A stretch of 64,000 nucleotides of DNA from Anaeramoeba ignava BMAN (Eukaryota > Protista > Anaeramoebae), in contig JAPDFW010000033.1 of the NCBI GenBank assembly GCA_028826165.1, positions 1-64,000 on the forward strand, written 5' to 3'. The first letter of the stretch is position 1; each line of letters opens with the position of its first letter. A model generated the notes under the pieces. That model made no database searches. It was not told the DNA's origin and saw only the letters and a program-made list of their open reading frames with translations. The position numbers were made by a program, and so were the translations under genes. Positions 1 to 10,507 of the stretch are shown piece after piece.

Positions 1-1420
1 TGTCTTTCTTTTGATTAATTTTATTTTCTTTTTAAATATCTAATTTTATTTTTCTTTCTTTTGATTAATTTTATCTTCTTTTTCTTTTGATTGGTGATTA
101 AATTTGTTTTTGATTAATTTGATTTCCATTCTTTTCATCGATTTTTGTCTTCTTTCTTTATATTAATTTTATTCATTTTTCATTGTTTTGTTTTCATTCT
201 TTTGATTCAATTTGATTTTCTTTCTTTTTTTTCTTTCTTTTCATTAATTTTATTTTTCTTCATTTTTTTATCTTCTTTCTTTTGATTAAATTTGTTTGTT
301 TTGATTTTTATTTTTCATTCTTTTGGTCTAATTTATTTTCATTCTTTTGATTAGTTTTTATTTTCTTTCTTTTGATTAATTTTAACAACAACCGATTAAT
401 TTATTTTCATTTCTTTTTCATCAATTTTATTTCATATTCTTTTGATTAATTTGATTAAATTCTTTTTGATTAATTTTTTTTTATTTTCTTTTTATTAATT
501 TTATTTTCGTTAATTTAAATTATTTATCTTCCATTCTTTTGATTAATTTTAGCTTTTCATTCTTTATAATAGTGATTAAATTTTTATTTTTTATTTTCTT
601 TCTTTTGATTAATTTATTTCTTTTTTATTTTCAGTTTTTCATTCTTTTTTAATTTGGTTCTGTTTTGAGTTAATTTGATTTTTTCTTTTTTAATTTTATT
701 TTCATTCTTTTTGATTAATTTTATCTTCATTCTTTTCATTTTTATCTTTTTCTTTTGATCTAATTTAATTAAATTCTTTGGTTTATTTTCATTCTTTTGA
801 TTAATTTTTATCTTCGATTCTTTTCACATTAATTTTTATTTTTCTTTCTTTTTTTTTAATTTGATTTTCATTTCTTTTGCATTAATTTTCTTTCTTTATA
901 TTAATTTGAGTTTTCTTTCTTTTTCATCAATTTTATTTTCATTCTTTATATTAATTTATTATTTTTAATTCATTTTTTTTTTCTTAATTCATTTATCTTG
1001 ATTTAATATTTCTTCTTGGGTTTCTTCAATTCTTCAATTTCCGTTTTTGAAAATTTGTTTCTTCGTTTTTATTTGAGTAATTTGTTTCAATAATTCTTCT
1101 TTTGAGTAACGGTATTAGTTTCAATAGAAAAATGTTCTCAAAAATTGAAAAAATTTGATGAATATAAAAATAAAAGATTCGTTTATTATTATTGATATTA
1201 TTATTGTTTTCAATATCTGCTTTTTGAAAATGGGTGTGGAAGGTTGTTTTGAATTTCTGCTTTTTCTTTTTCCGTGTAATTTTAAAATTAAAAATTAAAA
1301 AGAAAAATGAAAAAGTAAAACAAATGCATTCAATATTCAGGAGGTGAATAAAGATGTGATTAAAAATTGAGAGTCGTATTTTATTTTTCGCATTTTTTAT
1401 TTTATTTTGTTTTTAATTTC
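1..1420. repeat. Degenerate T-rich low-complexity repeat (TTGATTAATTTTATTTTC-like units)
   Basis: Recurrent TTTTGATTAATTT and TTTTCATTC motifs with irregular spacing and no credible ORF. Confidence 0.6.
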
Positions 1421-1447
1421 ACAGTAATTTTTGATCTGTTTTCAGTT

Positions 1448-4086
1448 TCAGATGTTACTGCTCGTGAGATTAGACTCTGGGTTCAATTTCGGTTTTAGTT
1501 TTAATTTTAGTTTCTTTTTCTTTTTCTTTTTCTTTTCTTTTTCGTTTGTGTTGATCTTTTTGTTGTTTGCCATTTTTCTTCGCAGTATTATATGTTTTGG
1601 CGTTTCTTCAAGTTCATATCAAAGGAAAAATTTTCGTTCAGCTGATGGTAATCAATTTATCTTCAGGTTCTTCCAGAACCTGATCAGAGCACAAACTCAC
1701 CCAGTTCGTAAATACCAAGCGGGCAAATGTTGTCGGTAATCAAAGAACACTTGCACTGTATTCACCAACAAAATTTGAATCGTCAACAACATTTAAAAAC
1801 ATTCCTCGAAAAAGATCAGTTCTTGCGATCAAAACAAATTTATGGATCTTCACTTCTTTTTCTTCAACAACAATTCGAAATTCTTTTGAGTCATCATCCT
1901 CAAATAATTTTTTGAAATCTGAAATCAATCCATTTTTTCCTGATTTGCTTTCAAAATCTTCTTCTTTAACTCCTAATTCTTTCAGTATATTTTTGATTGA
2001 GAATTTATTATTTGCTATTCCTGAATAAATCCATGAAAAAAAATTCACAACATCTTCTTTATGTTGTTTTTGACAAACATCTCCTAGTTTTTCTAGTGAA
2101 ACCGTGCTTAATCGAAAATTAAATACTTGTTTGTGGAATTTTACTGGTTCTTCAATTGTTTCAACTTGTGAATCAGTGAATTCTCCTCTCTTAAAAAATT
2201 GTAGGAAATCATTCAAAACTCATATGGAATTGAAGAAAAGCTTTCATTTCTTGATTATTTGCTAAATCTTGTGGTGTTTGATCCTTTTTTATTTATTATT
2301 TATTTTTTATTTATTTTTTATTTATTATTTATTTTTTAATTTTATTTTTGATTTATTTTTGATTTTTACACACTATAAATTTTATCATTAAAAACCAAAA
2401 AAAAGAATTTATTCTTATTCTTATTTTTTTTATTTTTATTCTTATTCTTATTTTCAAACATTCTAAATTTAAAATTTTTTGTTTAAAAATAAATTTCCTT
2501 TTTTGTTTAAAAAATTTGATTTTATTTACATTTAAAGCAAAAACATCAGCTCCTCCTCGAAGTAATTCTGTTATATTTTCTACTCCACCAGAATGTTTAC
2601 AAGTAATATGCAAAGGTGTATCGTTCTAGATATCAAAAAAAGAAAAAGAAAAATTTTGACATTTTTTTTTTCCACAATTTTTTTAAATTAATTTACAAAC
2701 TTTTTTTTATAAAAAATTCAAAGTAATTTTTATAAATAACAATATTATTATTCAAAAGAGAATTAATTTACATTCTAAATAAGTATAAAAAAAGTGAGAA
2801 GTTGAATAATGCTTTGTCTGTTTGTTTTTTTGTTTTTACATCTCGAGAATTGATATCCGCTCCATTATCTAATAAAATTGAAATTAAATTTGTTTTTTTG
2901 CATTTCGATGCATCATGTAATGGTGTTGTATTCTAAAAGAAAATGAGGGAAATTGTTGTTTTTTTTTTGAATAAACCAAAAAAGTACAAAAATAAGAATA
3001 CAAACTTTGTTTTGTAAAAGAGAATACAAATAAATTTAAGAAAGGATTATTTACAAAACTAAAGAATAAATCATTTCAAAATTAAAATTACATACTTTTT
3101 TGTTTTAAGAAATAAATAATCAAAAAAAAGAAAAAGAAGAACAAAATTTTAGAAATATGGAATTGCTTTTTTCATACACCATGAGCATTAACATCTGCTC
3201 CATATTTTATTAAAATTTCAACAATTTCTTTCTTTGCTCCTTTCCAGCATGCAATATGTAAAACTGTATCATTCTATTTTGCAAAATTAAAACAAAATTT
3301 GGATCATTTTCTTTTGATTTTTTTTTTTACTTTCTAGAATCAAAAATAACAAACAAAATCAATATAATTAAATTAAATAAAACAAAAATATCTACTTTCT
3401 AATTAGATTTTTAGATTTTAGAATTGGCAATTAAAGTGAATTTTATTTACATCTCTTATATCCAAATCGAATCCTAATTTCAATATTTTTTCAATTATTT
3501 CTGAATTAGAGAAATTATTTTCAAGAGCAACATGCAATACTGTTTTTCCCTAAATTAAAAATGGTTTCAATTTTTAGATTTCAAAAAAAAAGAGTATAAA
3601 AAATCAAATGGGATTACTTTCTAAAAAATTTAAGTAATTGAAGATACAGATTTAGATTTAATCCTTATTTACTTTCTATAAAAAATAAAAGAAAGTTTTA
3701 ATTAATTTTGATTCAAAATTCAAAATTTAAAATAAAGCAAACATTTTGTAATTTAACATTTGGTTTTCTGTCAAGAAATGAATCAATTAATTCATCATTT
3801 TTTTTATAGAAAAAAAGGTAATGAAGTATAGAATTCTTTTTCTAAATAAAACGGGGAGAATTAACCACTAATAAAAAAAAAAGAAAGAAATTGGTATTAA
3901 AATTTATTTACATCCTAAAAACAAAAACAAAAATAAAAACAAAACAAAAATTAATTTCAATTTGTTTAATAAATTAAAAATTTTATGAATTCAAACATCA
4001 ATTTCATTAATTCGATTTGTTGTTTGCAAAAAATTCTTTAATGTTTCATTTGATTTTTGTAAATTTGAAGATAATTTTGCTCCCAT
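1448..4086 (-). CDS. Putatively N-myristoylated ankyrin-repeat / tandem BTB protein, multi-exon with 11 three-nt microexons
   Basis: Main exons: 4086-3997 (MGAKLSSN...NEID), 3841-3743 (KKNSILHYL...), 3549-3451 (GKTVLHVA...), 3273-3178 (NDTVLHIAC...), 2932-2840 (NTTPLHDA...), 2625-2530 (NDTPLHIT...), then a terminal exon from 2283 (DQTPQDLA...) running into the BTB ORF 1740-2216 (KIHKFVLIARTDLFRGMF). All introns are GT-AG, phase 0. The 3' tail (<1760) has several indels, so the stop position is approximate. Confidence 0.85.
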
Positions 4087-4142
4087 TTCATAAATAAACA
4101 AAAAGTGAAAAAAAAAATGATTTTAAAAACAATCATTTTAAA

Positions 4143-6134
4143 TTATTTTTTATAAGATTGAGATTTGAGAAGATAAGCCAAATGAGTTTTATATTCTGTA
4201 TTTTCTTTATGGACTTCATGATATTTTTCAATTAAATCTGAAATTTTATCAAAGGTGAAGTTTTCAAAATCAAAAGAGGATTTTTGATCAGTTTCATTAA
4301 TATGAGAATTGGTAAACTCGATAATTTTAGGAAGAAAATAATCATTGAATTTGGGGTTGTGGGATTTGCCGTTAAAAGGGTTCATGATATCAAGCAAGTC
4401 TTTTTGCGCTGATTCAAGAGATACTTTAAAAGAAGGGATATTTTGGAGATCAAATTGAGGATTTTCAAAATTTTGGAATTCTTTTTTTGCTAGTTCAGAT
4501 TTGTAAATGACCGGATTTAAAAGATTTTGAGATAGGTAAGTCTCGTAGTCAATGAAGTCGTGCTCGATTTTGAATTTTTGCTTGAGAAGATAGTCCTTTT
4601 CATAATCAGGAATTGAATTAGAGGTGATATTCTGGCTTAGTCGAGAATTGGCATTTGAAGTTAAGCCAGAATTGAGTTTCTGGGAGGAGAATTTGGGTTT
4701 TGATGAAAAATAAAGTGCGAATGAAATGGGATCGATGGTGAGATTTTCAGGTTTGAGGTTTTCAATATAGCATTTTGCAGAGAAAATATTTGTGAAGTAG
4801 TATCCTTGCTCAGACATGATAAGTTTCTGTTCGTCAGTGAAGAACTGGAGGAATTCGATTGTTGAAGGAAGACGAGGGATATTTGATTTGAGAACAACAT
4901 AAAAAAAAACAGGAAGAAAGTCGTCGGCTCCTTCGTTGGATTTGAATATTTTGCCAAGGATCTTGCACGCGTCTGTGATGCAATTGAGCTTTTCATTTGG
5001 CGGCTTCACCTCGGTGATTTTCCGGAGCTCTTTTTGTGTTTCTTGGAATATGTCTGGACGCGATAGCCGGGATTTTGTATCGAAATGCTCGAGCTCAACA
5101 AAGAAAAGTCTCTTCATTTTCTCGGCGAATTCGTGGTCTTTTTGGTGGTCGATGTCGCTGTTTTGGTAATATATTCTGTCGTACGTCTCCTCAACAATCC
5201 ACTTCTCAAGCTTGATCTGGATTTGGCTCTGATACTCCGATTTGGAATGCCCCGAAATTGGGACCAAATCTTCGATTCTTTGGATCATTTGATTGATAAG
5301 ATTCACCATTTCAACTCCTGTCTGTTTTGTGGTTGGCTTTGAGCTCGACAAAATGCTTGTGATGAAGTTGTCGATCTCGCGATACACCTGCGGGATCGAC
5401 TTCATGAGAAAATCAAGGAAGGTCTTGAAATCATTGATCGCCACTTTGAAATCTTCGAAAAGCGATTGCTTGTTTTCGGGCTGGTCCGGAATATGGAGTG
5501 GATCGGAGGGATTTTCTGTGTCGATCGTGGAGCGGACACCTGCGCTTTCGTATTGGACCGACTGGGTAGGTGTCGACCATATCGCCTTGATAAAGCGTGT
5601 GGTGCTAATGATTTTTTCTGGGATCATTGACGGCAATCCCAAAACGTTAGAAATGACGCAAATTCTCACTGGGTTTTCAATCTCGGAAAATTCAATTGAT
5701 GACTTGTAAACGATAGATGGTCGTGTTGTGTCAATAATGTTTGGGAAAGAGATTCCTTCAACAAAATTCTTAAAAATTGACGAGAAGTCTTGTTTTTCTA
5801 TGTATTTTCTAATTGTCTTGATACTTTTGGGCGTGGTTTCAAATAAATACACAAATTCTCGATGCGATTTTTGGTTTGTCGCATCTTTAAAAAGCGTTCC
5901 TTTAATTCCGTTCGATGTTATGAATTGAGTCGGATCTTGTTGTCCTTGAATCAAGATGTGAGATTCAAGCAAAATGGATGATGGTGTTATTTTGTTGATT
6001 TCTTCTTGTCTTGGAATCAGTAGTAAAACTAATGGATTTGAAACTAAAGATTTGAAATCTGGGTTTTTTACATTAATTTCAAAATTTTGGAAAAATGTAT
6101 TTTGTGAAAGAGTTTCTTTTTCTATTTGAGACAT
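4143..6134 (-). CDS. VPS9-domain Rab5/Rab21-family guanine nucleotide exchange factor
   Basis: VPS9 signatures PNEKLNCI, GADDFLPVFFYVVLKSN and EQGYYFTN in a 663-aa intronless ORF. Confidence 0.9.
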   Translation of the reverse strand: MSQIEKETLSQNTFFQNFEINVKNPDFKSLVSNPLVLLLIPRQEEINKITPSSILLESHILIQGQQDPTQFITSNGIKGTLFKDATNQKSHREFVYLFETTPKSIKTIRKYIEKQDFSSIFKNFVEGISFPNIIDTTRPSIVYKSSIEFSEIENPVRICVISNVLGLPSMIPEKIISTTRFIKAIWSTPTQSVQYESAGVRSTIDTENPSDPLHIPDQPENKQSLFEDFKVAINDFKTFLDFLMKSIPQVYREIDNFITSILSSSKPTTKQTGVEMVNLINQMIQRIEDLVPISGHSKSEYQSQIQIKLEKWIVEETYDRIYYQNSDIDHQKDHEFAEKMKRLFFVELEHFDTKSRLSRPDIFQETQKELRKITEVKPPNEKLNCITDACKILGKIFKSNEGADDFLPVFFYVVLKSNIPRLPSTIEFLQFFTDEQKLIMSEQGYYFTNIFSAKCYIENLKPENLTIDPISFALYFSSKPKFSSQKLNSGLTSNANSRLSQNITSNSIPDYEKDYLLKQKFKIEHDFIDYETYLSQNLLNPVIYKSELAKKEFQNFENPQFDLQNIPSFKVSLESAQKDLLDIMNPFNGKSHNPKFNDYFLPKIIEFTNSHINETDQKSSFDFENFTFDKISDLIEKYHEVHKENTEYKTHLAYLLKSQSYKK

Positions 6135-6189
6135 ATTATTTTAATGAGAAAAAAATGAAAAGAAAAAAATGAAATCAAAAAAATTAAAA

Positions 6190-6527
6190 TAAAAATTTAA
6201 TTTAATTTAATGAATTTAATGAAATTAATTTAATTTAATTTAATGAATTTAATGAAATTAATTTAATTTAATTTAATGAATTTAATGAAATTAATTTAAT
6301 TTAATGAAATGAAATTAATTTAATTTTAATTTGAAATGAATTAAATCAATCAATCAATTAATCAATCAAATCAATCATCAATTGTCCAATCAATCAATCA
6401 ATTAATAAATCAATGGCCAAATTAATAAATTAATAAATAAATAAATCAATCAATCAATCATCAATCAATCAAATCAAGTCAATCAATCAATCAATCAATC
6501 ACCAATCATCAATCAATCAATCCACCA

Positions 6528-6558
<31 letters not shown>

Positions 6559-8500
6559 AATTACCAATAATAAATCAATTGTCAAATAAATCAATAAATA
6601 AAATCAATCAATCATTGATAAATAAATCAATCAATAAATTTCTAATCAATAAATCCAATTGTCAATCAAAAATAAACAAATCAATTACCAATAAATCAAT
6701 TGTCCAGGCAATGATACCATCAATTACCAATATCAATGTAACAAATCAAATTAATTGTCAATTAATCAATTAATAATTATTTCAATCATTAATAATAAAT
6801 GCACAAATTTGTAAATGTAAATACTAATCAAAATCAATTACCAATAACCAATAAATTAAATTGTCACCAATTACCAATAAATTGTGGCAAATTACTAATT
6901 CAATTAATTGAAAATAAAATTATACAGCCAAACCATGTCCAATCACCACCAAAATTATTAAATTGTCCAAATAACCACACCAATCACAAATCACCAATCA
7001 ATAACAAATTGTCAAATTACCACCACCAATTCGATCAATTACTAATTACAAGCCAAATTACCACCAAACCAATCAGTAATTTTAAATCACAAATACCAAC
7101 ACAATTACCACCAATCAATCAATTCCGATTACAAAAATTACCACCAATAAATACCACAAATTACAAATTAATCACCAAATCCAATAAATAAATTACCAAT
7201 GGCAAATGAAAATCCACCAATAAATTATTAAATCAATTTGTCAATAAATCGGTAATAAATTTAATTAAATGCAAATCAATAATTAAATCCAATAAATTAA
7301 TTACTAATTAAATATAAATTGTCAAATCAATTAATTTACTAAATAAATAATAAATTATAAATTAGTAACAATAATCACCACAAATTAATACAAAATAAAT
7401 CACAAATGTAATAATTACGGTGGCCAAATTAATTAATAAATCAATCAATAAATTAAATCCATTAACCAATAATTTCAATCATCAAAATTCACCAATGCAA
7501 TAAAATCAATTCAGTAATTACCAATTTGTAAATAATTCAAACAAACCAATTAAATGTCAATCACCAATAATTAATAAATCAAATGAATAAATTACCAATA
7601 ATCAATACCAATTCATGTAAATGTCAACCACCATTGTCCAAACCAATAATTAAACCAAATAAAATACAATTAAAACAATAAATACCACGTCACCAATTAA
7701 TCAATTACAATTAAAAGCAAACAAACCAAATCAATCAAATTGGTAAAACAATTGGCCAAATGTCCAATACCGGCCAAATAAATCAAGTGAACCATCAATT
7801 GTCAATTGCCATTAATAAATGTAAACCAATAATTTAATAAATTAATAAATAACAAATCAATTGTAATCAATAATAATAAATAAACAAACAAATTGTCGGT
7901 ACCAATAATAAAATAACAAAATTCAATAACCACTAAAATGGGATGATAATTAATTGTCAATTGTCTAATTAATCAATAATCAATTGTCAATGTCAATAAT
8001 CAATAATAAATTGTCAATGGCAGTGTCCAATAAATCAAAAATAAATAATCACAAATTGTCAATAAACAACCACAAAATACAAAATCAATCACAAATCAAT
8101 AAATCATATTAATCAATAAAATCACTAATGGTAATTAATAAATAAAATTAATTGGTAATTTAATCATAATCAATCAATTAGTCAATTAATTAATCAATAA
8201 ATCAATCAATCAATCAATCAATTTTAAAATCAATCTTAAAATCAATCTTAAAATCAATCTTAAAATCAATAAATCAATCAATCTTAAAATCTTAAAATCA
8301 ATTAATGTTAAAATCTTAAAATAAATCAATCAAGAATGACGAATAAATAATTGAAAGTGAAAAAATGAAAAAATTTGGAAATCAATCTATCAAGAATGAC
8401 GAATAAATCAAAATCAAAATCAAAATCAAAACAAAAATCAAAATCAAAATCAAAATCAAAATAAAAATCAAAAATCAAAACAAAAATCAAAACAAAAATC
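6190..8500. repeat. Degenerate (AATC)n/(AATT)n microsatellite tract ending in (AAAATC)n
   Basis: Clean AATC runs at both edges and a noisy AATC/AATA/ACCA interior. Confidence 0.7.
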
Positions 8501-8525
8501 AATTTTTCTTTTTCATAGTTTCTTA

Positions 8526-9503
8526 ATGCTATCTTTTCTTTATCTAGTTATCGGATTTGGGATTGGTTTGTTATTAACTGGTTCTAATCAACCAAATTCA
8601 AAAAATTCATTCCAAATAGTTCCTGAGAAAATATTAATTGAAATGATTAGTGTTCACAAACTTGAGCATTATCGTCCCACACAAATGACAAAAAACACTC
8701 CATTAGTTTCTTTCCATTCTTTAAGTGTTTATTATAATTATGCCTATGCAAAGAATTTTGGATATGGTTTTTTGCGATTGAATATTTTCCACAAAAGAGA
8801 CGATCCAAATTATTTTGATCCAATTTTTGAAAACGATGGCAATTTTCAACGATATTTCGATTGGGACGTTTTTCCGGCGACATATTATCTTTTCCAAAAA
8901 ACAGATTACGATATTGTTGTTTATATTTCAGAAAATGCGATTTTTGGGGATTTTCAAACTAGAATTGAAACTTTGGTTGAAAAACAGAAAAGTCATTTGC
9001 AAAATGTCTCTTTAATCATTGGGAGCAAAAAAGGGGATTTGGGAAAAAATTTGGATCCAAGAATGATGATTTTTTTCAAAAATGAAAAGACACTAAAATT
9101 CCTTTCAGAATGGTATAATACTCCTTTTCGAAAAGAGGAATGGAAAGAGTATGTTGGAGTAAATGGATTGGAAAAGGCGCTAAATGAAGTAATTTATCCG
9201 AATTACAAAAATGACATTATTGTTATTCCCTCTGTATTTGGAAATGGGGATAATGAAGGGAATTCTTTGATGGAAAATTATCTTTTGGAAGAAAATAATT
9301 TAGTTGTGAATCAATTGATTAGTTCTTTAGCTATCCATTTGCGTAATTCATATTCTCGACAAATTGGGAAATTTCAACTTAATCCTGAAGTGTTTTGTCC
9401 AGAATTCAATTCTGAAGATGAAACCGAACCAGAAATAAAATCACAATATGAATTTCAAGCAAGACTTAAGGCAAAATTTGAATTAGAAAAGAAAAAAAGA
9501 TAA
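8526..9503 (+). CDS. Type II membrane protein, GT34 (GMA12/MNN10)-like glycosyltransferase fold, degenerate DxD
   Basis: N-terminal TM. YNYAYAKNFGYGF, YDIVVYISENAIF, LDPRMMIFFKNEKTLKFLSEW and EKALNEVI match by eye the GT34 blocks (YA.RHGY.F; YDW..WLD.D..F; LN.G.FL.RN..W...FL..W; EQ.AL). Confidence 0.55.
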   Translation: MLSFLYLVIGFGIGLLLTGSNQPNSKNSFQIVPEKILIEMISVHKLEHYRPTQMTKNTPLVSFHSLSVYYNYAYAKNFGYGFLRLNIFHKRDDPNYFDPIFENDGNFQRYFDWDVFPATYYLFQKTDYDIVVYISENAIFGDFQTRIETLVEKQKSHLQNVSLIIGSKKGDLGKNLDPRMMIFFKNEKTLKFLSEWYNTPFRKEEWKEYVGVNGLEKALNEVIYPNYKNDIIVIPSVFGNGDNEGNSLMENYLLEENNLVVNQLISSLAIHLRNSYSRQIGKFQLNPEVFCPEFNSEDETEPEIKSQYEFQARLKAKFELEKKKR

Positions 9504-9557
9504 TTTTGTTTTTTTTTTTGCTTTTTTTCATTTTTCATTTTTCTCATTTTTTTTTAA

Positions 9558-9866
9558 ATGAAAACAATTTTAATTTTAATTTTACTTTTACTTTCTTTAA
9601 TTTCATTTGAAGAAAGTGTTTGGGTTACAACTGACAAAAATAAATTAACGGAATGCGTTGAAGAAAAAGGATTTTGGTGTGGAGCTAATTTTGATGGTTT
9701 CTGGGCTTTTGCTTGTGGAGAAATTGGGAATTCAACATGTTCAGAAATCAAAACAGCTTATCAAAAGGAAAATATTTGTGATTCATTTAGTTGTCCTGCT
9801 GGAATTGCAAATTTAAAAATTCCTTGTTTTCTTTTTTTGATTCTTTTATTTTCCGTTTTTATTTGA
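9558..9866 (+). CDS. Small secreted cysteine-rich protein, probably GPI-anchored
   Basis: Signal peptide MKTILILILLLLSLISF, six Cys in the mature region, small residues (CPAG) then a hydrophobic C-terminus. Confidence 0.65.
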   Translation: MKTILILILLLLSLISFEESVWVTTDKNKLTECVEEKGFWCGANFDGFWAFACGEIGNSTCSEIKTAYQKENICDSFSCPAGIANLKIPCFLFLILLFSVFI

Positions 9867-9984
9867 ATCCAAATGAAAAAAAAAAATATCAAGAAAATCA
9901 AAACCAAATCATTGCTTTTCTCTTTGATTCTTTTTTTACAAATTTAAAATTTAAAATTTAAAATTAAAAAAATTTTCCATTCTA

Positions 9985-10317
9985 TTATTTATTCAATTTA
10001 GTTTTAATTTCTTTAATTTCCTGACGGAAAGGTTCCAAATAACCGAGCAAAAAAATGGGAAGATTCCCTTTTGTAAAAAACGAAAGTTTATTATTAGGAT
10101 AAAAGACGAGATCAAGCCTGATTTGTTCTATGTTAGGCTTTTGTAATTTGCATAGAAGAAAGGTTTCATTTTCTATTTCACAAAATAATCCGATTTGCTC
10201 TGTTTCTGACGGAAATAATCCAAGGTTTGCAGTAGTTAATCTTAACATGTGAGTTGTGATATCAAGAGATATCGTCTCGTTTGGTTTGATTTCTTGAGAC
10301 CAGAAGCCAGTTTCCAT
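9985..10317 (-). CDS. Stand-alone nucleoplasmin-like (NPL; FKBP39/HD2-type) domain protein
   Basis: GFWSQEIKP, LRLTTANLG, FLLCKL, EQIRLDLVF and GNLPIFLLGY match the NPL domain consensus. Confidence 0.8.
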   Translation of the reverse strand: METGFWSQEIKPNETISLDITTHMLRLTTANLGLFPSETEQIGLFCEIENETFLLCKLQKPNIEQIRLDLVFYPNNKLSFFTKGNLPIFLLGYLEPFRQEIKEIKTKLNK

Positions 10318-10507
10318 TGAAATTAAAAAAAGAAAAAAGAAAAAAGAATAAGAAAAATGAAAAAAAAATTTGAAATAAAAAAATTTTTTTTTTTGATTTT
10401 GTCAAAATATCTTTAAATAAAATAAATGAGTCATAAATTAGTTTGAGAAAATGTTTCCGAAAATCTTTTTAGAATCATTTTCTTTTTGTTTTGGAGGTTT
10501 TTGTAAA

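Noticed and set aside
3055-3058. AG|TTTT|GT 4-nt candidate microexon (minus strand)
   Set aside because: It would shift the frame and leave only a 33-nt upstream intron. The junction is already completed by TAT and TTT.
6579-7191. N/Q/I-rich ORFs
   Set aside because: They are translations of a degraded (AATC)n tract, possibly low-quality consensus.
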